Both the position numbers and the translations under genes were made by a program. A DNA stretch of 64,000 bases, from positions 72,923 to 136,922 of the forward strand of contig DATAZE010000035.1 in assembly GCA_036272195.1 (NCBI GenBank). The letters are read 5' to 3'. The DNA comes from Verrucomicrobiia bacterium. GTDB lineage: Bacteria > Verrucomicrobiota > Verrucomicrobiia > Limisphaerales > DASXHY01. This document shows, piece after piece, positions 63,400 to 64,000 of the stretch. Within the stretch, counting starts at the first letter, position 1; each line of letters opens with the position of its first letter. The notes beneath the pieces are model-generated. The model was not told where the DNA came from, ran no database searches, and saw nothing but the letters and a program-made list of their open reading frames with translations.

Positions 63400-64000
63400 C
63401 TACGCCGCGCGGTTACCTTCTTTTTTCGATTCGACGGAAATTTCCGCGGGATAATCCGGATGATGAGAATGGGCGGTGATCGCTTCCCAAATTGTGGCGC
63501 GCAGGGATAATTTTCTCGCGGGCCTGCGGGTCATATTGTCGATGGCAGGTTCACGAATAAAAACGAACACCGTCATGATCACCAGCAACACGCTGAGCAT
63601 CACGCGCAGCACCCATGGCGGAGACATATAATGCGTAAGAAATCCGGCGCACAAATGTCCCAGCGGCATACCGCCTTGTTGCGCCAGCAGCATGACCGAC
63701 AGCACACGCCCGCGATTGGCGTCGGTGGCGAGGAGTTGATTGGCCGTGTTGCTCGGATTCAAGCTCAGCAGCCAGAACATGCCGCAGACCACGAGAATCC
63801 CAATGCTCAATGAGGGAACTTTGGAAAAACTGAACACCAATCCCACCACGGCGAACGTGCACATCGCCAGCGGAATCAAATGATGGCGCGGATAGTAGGA
63901 GGGAATCGAAGACAACAAGAATGCCCCCACGATGGAGCCAAGCCCAATCGCCGCGAGCATGAGGCCAAATAATCCCGGGCCTCCTTTCAACACGCTTTGC
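63400..64000 (-). CDS. MFS transporter, C-terminal part (gene continues beyond the window end)
   Basis: Six or so TM segments (GLFGLMLAAIGLGSIVGAFLL..., MFWLLSLNPSNT...). The reading frame is open to position 64000. Confidence 0.7.
   Translation of the reverse strand, partial: QSVLKGGPGLFGLMLAAIGLGSIVGAFLLSSIPSYYPRHHLIPLAMCTFAVVGLVFSFSKVPSLSIGILVVCGMFWLLSLNPSNTANQLLATDANRGRVLSVMLLAQQGGMPLGHLCAGFLTHYMSPPWVLRVMLSVLLVIMTVFVFIREPAIDNMTRRPARKLSLRATIWEAITAHSHHPDYPAEISVESKKEGNRAA

Noticed and set aside
1-64000. CRISPR arrays, rRNA genes, prophage or integron structures.
   Set aside because: I saw no regularly spaced direct repeats with unique spacers, no rRNA-like sequence, and no phage structural, integrase or attC-like features. 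The tandem periodicities present are protein repeats (YD, FN3) or the short tracts reported above.

Overview
This is a high-GC bacterial chromosomal segment. Gene content and the style of the intergenic repeats suggest a PVC-group (Verrucomicrobiota-like) organism, but that is inference only. Roughly 1-37.5 kb is mostly housekeeping. It holds an LtaS-like sulfatase, a BON lipoprotein, a frameshifted MBL-fold hydrolase, a ROK kinase, trigger factor, GlyRS and a DUF2127 protein. larB and larC follow, separated by a decayed RAYT/REP element. Next comes ribBA - hicB/hicA (toxin frameshifted) - ribH. A complete aa3-type cytochrome c oxidase cluster follows: amicyanin-like cupredoxin, ctaA, ctaB, ctaD, ctaE, subunit IV, two small membrane ORFs, ctaC, SCO1 and DUF420. 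After that come yqeY, a UVR-motif protein, an EgtD-like methyltransferase, folP, a CgeB-like glycosyltransferase trio and a secreted repeat protein. The housekeeping part ends with a TetR/HlyD/DHA2-MFS efflux module carrying two matching palindromic operators, and a TAT-signal Gfo/Idh/MocA oxidoreductase. From about 37.5 kb the content looks accessory. It holds an unplaceable 363-aa ORF with a polyproline tail, a GH16-like secreted protein and tRNA-Arg(UCU). A four-gene translationally coupled minus-strand operon follows (unknown ORF, small lipobox protein, FAD oxidoreductase, GT-C-like membrane protein). Divergent from that operon is a single 16.2-kb ORF encoding a 5,404-aa Sec-signal RHS/YD-repeat protein. 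Its domain order is beta-helix, Cys/Gly tract, TSP3-like linkers, 2x LamG, a W/Y-rich segment, an RCC1-like propeller, an FN3/Ig array and the YD shell. The RHS core ends in a DPxG motif followed by a 193-aa C-terminal domain with a PD-(D/E)xK-like motif. A 282-aa ORF of no family I can name starts 54 nt downstream. I consider this tip plus downstream ORF the best candidate for an undescribed toxin/immunity system. The window ends with a GH2 glycosidase and a partial MFS transporter. I saw no CRISPR array, rRNA, integrase, or T6SS/TPS delivery genes. All calls rest on reading the translations and sequence by eye; no searches were run.
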